In this document: one piece after another, positions 11,465-30,232 of the stretch
Layout: every line of letters begins with the position of its first letter
Position numbering within the stretch: position 1 is the stretch's first letter
Assembly (NCBI RefSeq): GCF_001186125.1
Contig: NW_014040406.1
Span: 1-40,751 of the forward strand
Length of the DNA: 40,751 bases
Source of the DNA: Sphaeroforma arctica JP610
Lineage: Eukaryota
Direction: 5' to 3'
Program-made: the position numbers and the translations under genes
The notes under the pieces: generated by a model
Seen by the model: the letters and a program-made list of their open reading frames with translations, nothing else
Databases searched by the model: none
Told to the model about the DNA's origin: nothing

Positions 11465-14400
11465 AATGCTTTGTTTCTTTCAATAACTTATGTGGTGTAT
11501 CTTGTTCTATGCAGTTTCTCTATACGGTATTCACTGTAGGGTCTCGATTGTGCGGATTGAAGCAATCCACGGTTCCGAGGTGACCGTTATTGAACTTCTG
11601 CCAAATGCCCACAGTGTGATAACTGATACAACTAATCTAGAATTATACTGCGCATACTTCGTGGGCAGTACTTAGCTATGTATGTGTAGTAGATGATATG
11701 CACAATACGTGGCTTCTAATCAACCGAATAGAACATACACGTGCGTGTACTATCGACTAGAGAATGCGTGCGCGCATACGAAGAACGAGTTCCGAGGTGA
11801 GAAGTACAAGTCACTCGCCAACTTGTTTGTATACCCTTTGCAAAGTGGTTGGGGTTTTCGATTATCGATGGGGTAGCTGAGCAGCCTGATAGTTCCAGTC
11901 CCAGCTGGCGTTCCTACGGAAAGAATCGCTTATCAGGTGAATCTATGTGTGAAGCTTTTGATTGAACAAATCTTGGGGGTTCGTCCCTTTTTCAATTTTT
12001 TGGCCTTTCGATCTACCAATATGATGAGATGTAACTCAATCAAACGTAGGCTTTAATTCTATTCATCTTTCTTTAGTGGAATGAAACACAATAACGAACC
12101 AATAATATTAGACTAAACTTCTGTGATAAATAGAGCGATATGCCTTTTACCACTTTAGACTCTGGATTTTAAAGATAGACTTTAATTGGATCTAAAATGA
12201 ACTATAGTGCTTTTGTTATTCGATAAGATCTAAAATAGTGCACAATCATATGGGGGCGATAACCACACGACACATGCATTCAAAATCTACTTTGTTATGA
12301 GCTTACCAAGAAGAGAGTGAGTTTGGACTCTTGAGTCTCGAGAGAGTCGAGAGTTCGAGATGCCAGTCTGGCCTCACTCTGGCAGCTGGTGACAAATATG
12401 TATGAAGATTATACATAAATACATACCAGTTCAAAATATAGTTTACGGCTATGTGAATGTATCAGTACATCATATGTAGCCTTCTAAACTCTTATACCAT
12501 GGGCTATGTTTATAAGGGCGAGTCTTTAAAATGGGTTCGAGTTTTCGTTCCTTTACTTTCATTTTCAAAACCAGTCGCAGCCAAATATCTTATTAAATAA
12601 TCGTACTACCAAGTACCAACCTCTCTGGCACATTTTTTTAAGAAACAATGCTATGTATGTTATGTACTGCTGACTCAAAATATCTATTAGATTGTTAAAA
12701 ATAGGTACATGTCATGGACTCGTCAAAATCGGACCAGTGAACTTGAGAGTACATACGAGTACACTTACAGAATTACTCAAACTGCCATCATGACGAAATA
12801 AAGTTTTGAATAAAGTATAGATCGTACAAAAGTTGTCACTGTATGATGGACAAAACAACAACTATAAAAAATGACAAACGAAAGAATACACGAGATCGAT
12901 ATCAACCAGACATTGCAGCAGCACATAGAGTATCCACTTATATGTCAGGTTCGACTGGTACTGTATTGTAAATAAAGTCAACATTTAAATATTGCTTACT
13001 GGTTCTCTGTCTGATAACAAATAATTTTGAAAATAGTACTCGCTATGGCTTTCTGCCAAGATTGTAACTTCATGCGTCCCGGTTTGCAAGACTGCCAATT
13101 GCGTCCATTTGTCTTGCCCCTTCGCAGCGGGTATTCTACCTTCTGGAAAGGACAAGATAGCAGAAACACTCTCTAAGAGGGCACGACTGTTTTTATCCAT
13201 ATTTCCGACCATTTATTTGTACTGTGTACAAAGCATACTCCAACGATGGTGTGTAGTGGTCCTTTTATTTCTAAAAGCATAATTGCCAGGGCAGACAGAT
13301 ACAAGTCTGACACACAAGTGGTAGACGAGGTTGTGTAGGTGGTAGGCAAGTAGTAGGCACTGCTAGAGAGGACTCTACTAGAAGAGGCACTGGCAGCGTG
13401 TGCTTAATAGTCTGCTTGAGACCCTATACTCATAAAGAGAGCGAGAGAGAGAGAGAGAAGAGTATGTAACGCCCTTGGCCCTGGACCCTAAAATACTCTG
13501 TCCACGGCTGACGGCTTAACGGAGTCCACGCTCATGAGTCAATATCAGTTACATAAGTAATAATTATCGGCAAATAGGGATAAAATCATAAATTTTCTTT
13601 TCTCTCTCTCATCTGACATCTCTCTCTCTCTCTCTCTCTCTCTCATCTGACATCTCTCTCTCTCTCTCTCTCTCTCTCCCCTGTATCTACTCTCTACATA
13701 TGCTGCAGAAGGCTCTCTACTCTCAGAGAAGCCTGAAGGCATCAAGGCAACATACTACGTCGGCGGTCGGACTCACGTTTCACCGCTCACCTCACGCGGT
13801 CACGCCTCACGGAGTCACGGTGTCCGCCTGAGTGTTGACGTGTTCTAAACCTTTTTTTTTTAATGTTTTAACCTTTGTGTGCTTTTATTTTTAACTGCCC
13901 AAATACTGCAACTCTTTCTAGGGGCTAGTAGATATATACATCAGTTTGAAACTCCCAACTTCCAACTCCCAAGTCCCAACTTCCAACTTTTAACTTTTAA
14001 CTTTTAACTCCCAAGTTCCAACAGCCTGCCCTGATCCTCACTCGGAGTCAGGCCTCAGGCCTCATCATGCCCTCAGATTTCAGAACTCAGATGTCGTAAA
14101 GGGAGAGAAGGGGGGGGGGGGGGGGGGGAGAAGGGTGTTTTAGATACCTAAAGCCAAACCCTTAAAATCCTTAAAACTCAGTCACAGGACTCGCGTCATA
14201 AATAAAAGGGTGCAGTTCGACCTTGGGGCTTGGGCCCTAGCCCCTGGCCCCTGGGTCTGGAGACTGGGGGCTTGGGGGCCTGGCCAGGGGCACTGGCCAC
14301 TGGCCAATGGGGCAGGGCCGCAGGGGCCAGGGGGACTCCGACTCTCAATTTAGGACTTTGGTGGGACCTTGGGGCTTGGGGTGTTTGTTTGTTTGTTTTT

Positions 14401-16226
14401 TAAGAAATATATCTAGGGCTCACTCACTTTAAAAATATCCTAAGTAGAGTAGGAACGTTCGCTACTCTCTCTATTTATTATTTAGAGAGTATTTACAGGA
14501 AGTAGGAACTCCCATGTTTTGTAAATACAAAAAGAAAGTTTTAGTTGTTGTTGTCTTTTTGAATAAAACAACAATAAAATGTACAGATAGTCCCTCGAAA
14601 TCTTCACATTGTTTTTTTGTTTTTGTTTTTTAAATCGATCCAAACAGGTTCACAGTACACACTTCATGTGTTGTCTTGTTGTCTTGTGTTGATCACACTT
14701 CACAATTCACAGTTCTGAGTTCACACTCAAAGAGACACAGGCGTCGTTCAGATTTCATTTTGGATTTCCTTCCTTGCCTGCTCTTGTTGACTTCTGGCTG
14801 GTATCGCTATCTAGTATCATGTCCCGACATTGCCGACAACCGTAAATAACAACTGACACTACTCAAAAGTGACAACTGGCAAGTGACAAGTCGCCGAAAT
14901 ATAGTGTTTGTTAGTTTTTTATAAAGAAACAAATTAACGACGATATCCAACCCAGGTCTGAAAAAGGATCTCGATTTAAAAGTACAATTTGATTACTGGC
15001 TACTGAGACTTTCTTGAGGTATGTATCAAGTACGTGTTAAATACATAAATAAATATACGACACACGACACATCGATTTTTTTTATACCAAAAAAAAACAT
15101 GTATGTACTGTACGAGTGTACATGTTCTCTGTTTTTAGTCTGTCCGGCCACTTTTTACGTATTTACATAGTACGGCGTACTATTTGTTTTATGTAACAAA
15201 AATACCTTCTTTTTTTTTCTTGGCGATTTTTGTGTCGATAGAGTGCATAGTGCCGAGGCCCGAGACTCCGACAGTTGTAGCCTTCTAAAAAATATTAAAA
15301 AACACGAGAGTGCAGACTCGGGAGTCGGAAAATGATACCAATTACATACCAGCCAGAAGCCCAGAACTTCAAAACCTCAAAAGCCCAACACAACCCGCAA
15401 TCGCAGTCCCGCACTCTGCAGGAACTTTTACAATTTTAGATTTTTTTCTACTGAGTAGTTTTTACTATTTAGTAGTACTAGACCCGAGCCTTTCCCAGGC
15501 AGTCAGGCACCCCCACACACAAAAAATGAAATCTGAAAAGAAGAAAAAAAGGAGAGAAGTAGATAAAATCAAAACTGTCCAAACAAATTTAACAAACCTT
15601 TGTTTGATATTTGTTTTGTAAAAATTCCTTCTTTTTTTAATAAAATTTTGTTTAAGCATACATTTATAAATAGCCTCGCAGGCTCCCCCCGGGGCATATA
15701 ACAAACCTTTTTTTCTTGATTATTGCTTTTGTAGAAATAAAGTCAAAAATAAATGCCATGGGTACTGACAAATTAGGACCATATATATGAGTAGTAAACT
15801 AAATAGTGATCGTATTCCACGCGTGTTTTCCTGCTAATTGGTGCATACCCACATAAAATGATAAAATATCATTCATAGCCTTTAAATTAATACAAAAGGG
15901 AGCTAATATGTTGTTTTTTTAGTTAAATTTGTGGTTCAGAACCTCAGGCCTCAGCCCTCAGGCCTCATCAGTGACTGTAAAGAACTGAAGGGTGGTGCCA
16001 CTGTGTTCCTGCGTGTGGTGGGCTGGTAGCCTGGTACCTGGCGGTTATTATTTGATTCCCCTATCATTATTCTACTAGCGTGGGTAGTCAAAAAAGGTTC
16101 CATGATGCTATACGGCTTTGGCTAACACCGTATTAATTTACACGGAAACATAACGAGCCGCCGCTGAAAGCCTTCCATGAGTATACTGCTAAATACGTAC
16201 AGTTCACGTAGGTGTAATCTCGTACA

Positions 16227-21721
<5,495 letters not shown>

Positions 21722-24700
21722 TGTGGTCTACAGAGCTTAATATAATTAAACTTTTATTTATTCGAGTTGTCGATGTCATATATTTACCACATGGTATAGC
21801 TCACTGCTTTGCGTTTCTTCGTCCTTGGCGGAGGTATAGTGTAAAGAAAAACGGCAGCTATCGGGCGAAGAGAGAATGAGCATACATAGGATTGGATCCA
21901 CGTATAGGACCTGTTAGAAGCTTCCACGCTGTATGGTATTTTCCATAATTTTAAATCGGGAGAAAGGGAGCTGGTGCATGATGTTGTCGAAAATTGTTGC
22001 TAAACATGATTTTTAGAAGGAACTTTTAAATTGAAGTTTGGCTAAAGCTTCAATGGCTTTGATGCACTGCACTGTACTATCCTACACAATCTTTTGGGAT
22101 AAATTACTCTCATCAAAATAAAAATTTTAAAAAAAGCTGTACCAAAATCATTTGATCGCATCGCATTCATCATACCGAATTAACGGAGGACCAGTGAAGA
22201 ATTTGTGGTACATATCTAGCCCATATTGATGTCCATATTTATGTCTAAAATGAGCAATGCTCAATATTTGGAACGTTTATACTTAGTACTCCCATGCCAC
22301 AAAACTGGAGAACACACTTGCACACACAAAACTTATAGACAAACGAAGGATATTCCGAATTCTCAGGCATCGTCCCGTCGAGCCGATTCTGATAGATCGG
22401 GGAATCACTTGCCCAAAAAAAAACAGACCACTATGATTGTCCACAACCAATCCTTATCGTTTTTACCCCTAGCTCTCCATGGTCGTCGGAGCGTAATTTA
22501 TTTTCCCCTATAGGTTCATGACCTCGTCGAAGTGACAAAAAATAGTTTTTCTTGATCTAGAATAAACACATAACCGAGCTTTTGCATATACTGTATTACT
22601 GTTATATCTTGGAAGGCTATAGGTCATTTACTTTCAATGTTTACTTTGATTTGGTCCCGTGTTTGGCGAGGGTACAATATAGAAGGCTGGAACCTTTCTT
22701 AACCCTTTACATGTTAAAACGGTTATATGTTATAACGGTTTAAAAATATCAAAACTGTGCACGTTTACATTTCACTTGCACGTGTTTATACGCTGGGGCT
22801 GAAGTACCATATAAACGTAGTGATATTTGACAGAGTGTGGTCAATAAAGCGGAATTCAATGTATTCAGCTCCGTACTGTATGCGGAGGACTAAAGGGTTG
22901 GAAGAAAGGGCGATATAGAGAAAAGACTGAAAAATAATGCATGTTTATTTAAAAACAAAACTAAAGAATAAGCTGAAGAATAGGAATTTTTGAGATATGT
23001 TGTTTGATACATGATAAAATATTTAGAACAAGAACATGACAAAATATTTAGAACAAAAAACATGAACTGGAACCATCATATACATTACGTCCGATTGGAC
23101 GGATAGGAGTATGAGTCGCTAGATGGGTTGGTTGAATGTATTATTTGTATTAAGTAACCATTGAGACGGAATATAAGTTAAATCGTGTATCTAAAATAGG
23201 CACTGTATGATTGGTATGACAAGATGCGGAAATGACGTATGGTGAATAGAGTAAATATAATAAACATTCATATATAATTGTTTTAATAGGGGGGATGTTT
23301 TCGCGGGACATCAAGGGTGAAATCCGGATCGTGATCATGTTGTGTTACGACATTGGACTGGCGATGCGGCTCAGCACAGGAAGAGTCACGAAATGGGTTT
23401 CTAGTGTCCGCAGACTCCCTTTTGAGGACAGGGAGGCTGTGGGGGGCACCGTTGATGTTGATGGAAGGAGCGTTGCCTTCAGACTGGTCAGAGAAACCAA
23501 TAGAAAAAGAGGTACTTACCTGAGAACAGGCAAGGGGATCATATTCGGAATCGTTCGACAAGTCCACATGTGGGAATAGCAAACTTGCGATCACCAAGAC
23601 ACCAGATTCAAATCCAGGCTTCTGAGCCATGTGTGTTGCTTGTCAATGATGAAAAGGTGGCCCGAGACTTGGACAAGAAATTGTTGTCCTGGCGGAGATA
23701 GCTGCAATTTTCACCATTCAAGATAATAAGTTCATATTTGACAATAGATTCTATCATGGCCTGAACATTCGTCAGGAAGGGGATATAGGAAAATGTTCCC
23801 AGTAGAGGCAACGATCACTTACGCGATGGCGACTAGTTTGTCATACACGTAAGGAATTGCAGCACATGGGAGGGGGTTTGATCGTTAAAGCCTTACCATA
23901 ACCACGTACGAATTTCATTTTAGGAACATTCAGCAGGTTGCTAACTATAGCTACCTATGAGGCAGTGATCCAGATAGTACCTTCTGAAATGTTTGTGATT
24001 GCAATAACTAAGCCAATCTGCTCGCTCCCTTCGAACAGAGAGTGTTGTATCTATACTGAATTACATAAGCAACAGCCAGAGTATTTGGATTCACTTTTAT
24101 GGTCCTGAGTCTGACATTTTAATTTGGCTTTCCAAGAAGGCACAGTTTGCGTTTGAAAGTTAAAGAAATCATTATAGATCGTAGGAAGTAGAGTAAACAC
24201 TGTTATTTGTATAAACTGTGCTATGGAATCAGTGTGAATATGTACGGCTTCTATGCTTATTGCGAAATACAATCATGCATTGAACAGGATGTACATTTTT
24301 ATGTATACGAATCTTGAATAAAGAACTGTGTGTGTGGAACCCTATATCAGGACATGCACGAAAGATGGTAGTAGTAAAGATAATAGTATGGTGTTTAATA
24401 CACAGTGCAAGTGTGACTAAGTGATGCGAAAGATAAGTAGGAGAGTATGGCGCATGAATTTTACTAGTGATACTCTTGTGGGCAAAAAAAAATTAAATAA
24501 ACTGTGTAAAACAGATGTAGGGGTACGTATTGTTAGTGTCGCTAACCGAAATATGTGTGGAGATGTTACGGGACACTGAATAGAGTATGAGCATACAAAA
24601 GCCCTATATAGGGTTTTGGGTCACATATGGGAAGATAGAAAGTGTACTTCAAATTATACATTGTAGTTGGCGCCACGTGTAAGTACCATATCAAAGAACA

Positions 24701-26339
24701 ATAACTGTATGAATGTTGTGTAGATAGCGACAATTGTTGTGTTATACATTATATATAATGTAATATACAGGATATTTCGGAATGAGAAGTATTGCTCAAC
24801 GTAGGTAAACGAAAAACACATGAACGTTTTTCGCTAACTTAAGCGACGCCTACCTGAGGTGTTTGCGAAAAAATCGTGATAAAAGCTTTTCGAATCTGGT
24901 GTGATAATCTATTAGAGAATACTAAATTGGTTTTTCACCATTGATATCTGATGCACTGGTGTTGAATCACGCGATTCTGGCTTATAAGTTGAGGACCGAT
25001 CGAGATGACCCGTCAATACTTCAATCAATGAGTTCTGAATAGCCTGGCCACTAAAACATGCTACAGGAGGATAGATCTCCGATGGCACCTGAAGGAGATA
25101 TTCTTAAGCCTGAGCCTGAGCCGGAGACAAATGTCTACCCCGACTTGCCGAGACAGCTACTGACCCCGCCACCCCCACCTATTGTCCTACAGTCATTAAT
25201 TGCTACTTCATGGAGTTCCTTGGCTACCCCAAGATCCCCAAGATGTTCTGATGTCGAAAAGGATAAGCTGCTGCATGGACAGCAACAACTAGAGCTTTTA
25301 GAATCCGAACCTGTGATAAGTGAATGAAGGATTTCAGGCTTTACAGCTCGTCTGGAACGCGCAGAAGCTGATGTCACTACAGCTATGGATGCTATCTATA
25401 ACAAAACTTCTCCAGTCTAACAGTTTCTGAGTTGCGCTCGATCCAGACCGAGAAGACTTTAGGTAGCAAAAAGTTCGTCACTACATATCGCCCGGATCGA
25501 AAGGACAGGCAATAGCCTATCGATATAAGTAGTTTGACAAGTCAGTCTAAAAATTTAAATGAGTTTGGTCAAATCATTTTTACCGCAAACCTCCGCAAGA
25601 GCATTTGGTTTGATACAGCAAGGCGGAGCTTTAGGCGTCCTCATTGTACTTATATAAGTTGGAAAGGTCGATGGCTACTATGACGCAACCAAAGACATGG
25701 AAACAGCAAAGCGAGATGATCGTCCCATTATTTTCGATGGAGCCTCGACCAGAGTAATTGGCGTCTATTTTGATCCCTGTCTATTTTGATCCCTCCGGAG
25801 CAAGGAACGTCAGTGTCTTACTACTTATTGGCGTTAGATACACAATTATTGCATGCTCAAACTAAGGACATGACCGAGGGCAGTTCGAACATGTGTGTGC
25901 TTTGGGTACAAACTATATTTTAGTACAACCTTCACCGGAGGGATCAAGAGGTACTGTATGCAAATATACACCAATCTCACCCAGGCAAGGTTCGCGATAT
26001 CTTAATTGAAGAACCTACGTAAATCCGACCGGACATGGCTGAGTTTTAATCGTGATCAGACCTGACCTTCGCGAAGCGTCTGAGTTACGTGGTAAAAGTT
26101 GCCTAATCTCATAAGAAGATTGTGTCTAATGCAAATGAAAAATCATTTGTCGATCCAAACTCTCATTCTACAATAGGCCAATACAAGGGAAACAAAGGAA
26201 GCCAACATTAACCAAATGGTAGATGAAACGGTAGACGCGCAGAGAAATATGAATATTTCATTGAGAAGTGTATTAATTGTACTGGTATTAGAGAGCACAT
26301 ACAGTCGTTAAATATACCGGGTCTTGTCACTAAGACAAA

Positions 26340-27750
26340 AAAATGCGCCGCATGACGAGCGCGTCATTCTTGATGTACGAGGTACTGAACATGGAATGAA
26401 AGCGTTTTTGGATCCGGGCTTGCAAATTTCAAGTATATCATCACGTTTCTGTAAGATAACTTATATGCGTAAATAAGAACCTACACGGTCGATTGTCGCA
26501 AAGGTGTTGCCACGAAGGCTGTCATCTGTATTACATCACCAGACTATGACTTGAAAGTAGGCTTGAGTGGATTGTTATCGATAGGTATATCCATTACTGT
26601 ATTACCCATGGACATTGATCCACAGAAAGATCAGTCAGACGACTACTTATTGAAGCGTGTATGAAAGCCTTCAAAAGCTGTGAAAGAGATGATACCTCAT
26701 TTCCCAGAGAAGCCAAAGGATTGTATTTTTGAAAATGATAAGATCAAAATGACAGATTGGGCTATGCCCACATTTAACAATGGATGTGTGAGCTTAGACC
26801 TGACCAAATGTAGATTTCTCGAAGCTCAAGTGTCCTACTCGCAACTATATCGGATGGGGTCATAAACAGATGGTCAGACGACAAGCTAAGGCCCGGTTGG
26901 AAGCCACCCCAGTAACCCTTCTACCCTTCGCCATGGACATTTCAATTCTGATGGAACCTTGAAGGTAGTACGAGTTTGATGAGATATGAGCCCGATTTAT
27001 GTGCTTATTCCAACACACAATTTTCACATACCTCGGAACGAATAGAGGGAGCTGTGATTTCCCCCACCATCGATCTAAAACAAGACTATCACCATATGAA
27101 TATATACGAACCACGCAGGAAGTACTTTACGTTTACCAAGGATGGACAACAGTAATATTTTAACTGCACCGTTGTTCTTCCAATTTATCATGCAATAATT
27201 CGAAACATGGATAACGAACACAAGTTCAAGATCAACAGCAGGGAATGTCACTCCGGAGTGACCGAAATGCAGCTGTTGGGATACGATGTATCGGGAGACG
27301 GGATCATGATCGATCTGGGGAAAATCGAGCACTTACTAGACTGATAACACCCACGACAGGACTGGATGTGAACAGCATGTGCGGTTTCGTCAATTACTTG
27401 TCGAATGGACTTTTCCATTTAGCAAGTTACCTTATGTCTTTTCGAGGTTTAAAATGTCACAAATGCAAATCAGAAGCTTTATGAATCAAGGTCTGTTGTG
27501 ACGATGATTTTAAGAAGCTCAAAACAGTGGTTTAACTGGCACCCGTAGTTTTGTTACAACAGGAGTCGGAGTACCGTTCATGATTGCAACAGATGCATCC
27601 GCCATGGTACTCGGAGGTCTAAAACTCTAAATCGGGAAATCAAGGTACGTGTTAGTTCTCTAGCAAAGTTGTGAACTCGTCCCAAATCGATTATTCAACT
27701 GTGCTACAATTGCGTTTAGCTATTGTGACTGCACTCTCACTACGTAGACA
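26340..27750 (+). pseudogene. Heavily decayed Ty3/Gypsy pol relic (protease, RT, RNase H)
   Basis: Manual translation: HDERVILDVRG...KAFLDPG (protease, ~26350-26460); ERIEGAVI..TIDLKQDYHHM..RKYFTFTKDG and KFKIN..ECHSGVTEMQLLGYDVSGDGI..TPTTGLDVNSMCGFVNYL (RT, ~27035-27400, YxDD region missing); GVPFMIATDASAMVLGG (RNase H, ~27568-27618). All are colinear with the intact neighbour's domains. The Pro-rich ORF at 25058-25327 may be a gag remnant. Confidence 0.8.
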
Positions 27751-27769
27751 AAGTAACCTAGGCGCAGAT

Positions 27770-27880
27770 TTAGGACCAGACCAGAAGATCGGGCCAGAAG
27801 ACCGGACCAAAAGATCGAACCAGAAGACCGGACCTAGCAGGATATTCTAGTTTTGGGCCAGAGGACCAGACTAGAGGATC
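27770..27880. repeat. 13-bp tandem repeat (ccagaagaYcgga)
   Basis: ccagaagatcggg/ccagaagaccgga/ccaaaagatcgaa/ccagaagaccgga at 27781-27832, with degenerate flanks. Confidence 0.85.
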
Positions 27881-28107
27881 TTGTAGAATTAGAGGGAGAG
27901 ATCGATGACTCATCGGACATCATCATAATTTAGGAACTATGAGAACAAAACCATAAATACGGGTATTTACAATCGACCCGTTGTTGAGAAAACCTCGCCC
28001 CAAATAAGAACGTGATTACTAAATACAGCAGGCGCGCCGTTAACGACACTTCTGACTGAGTTTACTTATTCAAACTTGATACTCTACTTAACGCTACTCG
28101 GTTTGAC

Positions 28108-28435
28108 TGTAGTGTATGGAGGGTAGCTGAAGGATACGAGACAAAGGAATATAATAGACCTCTTCTCAAGTACGGTTATCTCAGCTAGGAAAAGTCCCTA
28201 GTGTGAGAGAACCGAACTGAGTCTTAATTTGTGTTTCACTAGACTCAAGATTTACTTGAGTGTTTCTCTACACGCACACGAGAGTCCCGGTATAGCTTAC
28301 CGGTTCTACCGCTAATATATCTGATGACTCTAATATCAAAAATATTACAATCCTAATTCCAAAACTCAGTATTTGATTATTCTGGGTTTTGGGTTTTGGA
28401 TTGGCCTTTTGATAATCTGGTCCCTAGATGCTACA
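28108..28435 (-). repeat. 3' LTR (328 bp)
   Basis: About 93% identical by manual alignment to 36477-36802 (around 21 substitutions, 2 indels); TG...CA ends. Confidence 0.95.
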
Positions 28436-28447
28436 GCCCCCCAACTT
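28436..28447 (-). other. Polypurine tract (PPT)
   Basis: The - strand reads AAGTTGGGGGGC immediately before the 3' LTR start TGTAGC. Confidence 0.8.
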
Positions 28448-28810
28448 ATGCTTCTTAGCCTGCGTAGGAGTAGACAGTGAAATCTTACAGTACTAGATTA
28501 TCTAAAGGTTGGTGTTTGTATACAGGGAAAAACCTGTCCCTTAAGGGGCATAAGATGAAAAACTTGCCACCAGTATCTATTCTTACATGTTACCGATTAA
28601 TTAAATTTATACTATAGCAGGAGTTCTCTACCACGCTCATCGGAGTCGGTCTTGTCCGGTGCTCTCGGTTGATCTCAACTTGGCTTAAGAAAACGCATCT
28701 CAACGGTGGCTCTACAGCCGAGTCTCTGGTCCTTGTCCCTCTGGTGTATGGGGAGAGTATGCTTCTAGGCGAGAAAAGTGGGAGTATCCTGTGGTATCAG
28801 TGAGACTTGC

Positions 28811-30130
28811 TTAGGTCCCCCGCCGTGTGCGCTGTCTGTGGCTCGCTGATCTTTCATCAGTGTTCGTTATCCTTCTTTTACGTCTCCGGCGTTGACGGTA
28901 TGTTGTAATGACATCAGCATCTGCGATGTCTGATTCATGCGTCCAGGTACGCTCACCATCTGTCCAATGCAGTAGGTACTCCTGGGATCCATCCCCTCGG
29001 ATGGACGGCCTGTCTTCGACTATGAAGGAGAACTGAGTCTCTTCGTTTGGTTGTACGTGATTGTTGGAAGTAAATGCTTTCGGAGCACTGGCCCTTTTTA
29101 CGAGGCCAAGTAGCTCATCACTGATCGAGTCAGGATATTCGGGGGCTTTAGTCCCATCAAGGTTACAGACAAAATACCCATTGCCCTCCCTGCATACTAT
29201 TTTGTATGGTCCGTCATTTGGTGCCGTTAACTTATTCATTTCACCTTGATAGCGAACCATGACAAGGTCCCCTTCCTGGGAGTTTACATACTTCTTTTGA
29301 TACTTTCGATCGTATGCTGCGCGCATCTTCTCTTGATACTGTGCAACATTATTATCGAGTTGTGGCCTGCTAGATTTTGCAGTCGCTCTTCCTAAGATAC
29401 TGTTCTACTGGGTGCGGTCATTGGCTCATTGTAGTCCGTGAGTTGATTCTGTCTGCGACCAAAGTACACATTATAGCGCGGTGACTTGTGTCTTCTGGAT
29501 GTACGCAGATTATGGCCCATCTGTACGAATGGAAATCGTAAACACCAGTTACCTGGATTCTGTTCATCGAATTTCCGTAGCAGTAGCATGAGATCTCTAT
29601 GTGATCGTTCGTTCGCTCCTAAGACTTTAGGTTGACACGGCCGAGAGACTAAGTGTTGCATTGGCGCTTGTTCAACAACTTTTGCAAGTAATTCGTTAAC
29701 GTATTCAGTGCCTTGATCAGTTTGTATGATTTGTGGGAATCTATGTTCACACATAATTGGTACCAGCGTGCGTGCTATGTATGGTAGCCGCTGATTTGTC
29801 CATCCTTGAAGGTAAAATGACGTATGATTAGTATACGTCGAGCCATACTAACACATATGTGTGTCCTCTATTGGAGTCCAATAATGGACCTATGGTATCC
29901 ACTTGGACCCTGTCGCTTGGATATGCGGCTGTGATTGATTGTAAGGGGTGAAATCCCTTTTTGTGTATCTTATTTTTGAGACATGGTATGCATCCGTCAA
30001 TGAACTTATGTACATGTTGTTGGATATCAGGCCAATCATGTTCATCTGCTTGCAACTTTTGTACCGTTTCCCCAGGAGTGTAATGTCCCAGGTTGTGGTA
30101 TTGCTCGATGATGGTGACACGTGTCTCATA
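28811..30130 (-). pseudogene. DDE integrase with HHCC zinc finger, GPY motif and C-terminal chromodomain (28898-29032), frameshifted
   Basis: YHNLGH...CIPC; RVQVDTIGP; IIQTDQGTEY; GANERSH; GDLVMVR...GPYKI; IVEDR...EYLLHWTDGERTWTHESDI; spread over ORFs 29828-30454, 29392-29754 and 28811-29326. Confidence 0.92.
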
Positions 30131-30232
30131 CTCTGTTGCCTGTGGTGCGTCCCTAGAATGAACTGGTTCTGATGCTGCAACGTGTATGGCAGGTTGTTCC
30201 CGCGTTGAGTCAAAGTATGGAGACTTAGCTCC

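Noticed and set aside
12985..13212. 75-aa ORF in the intergenic region
   Set aside because: No recognisable motif and no supported splice partners.
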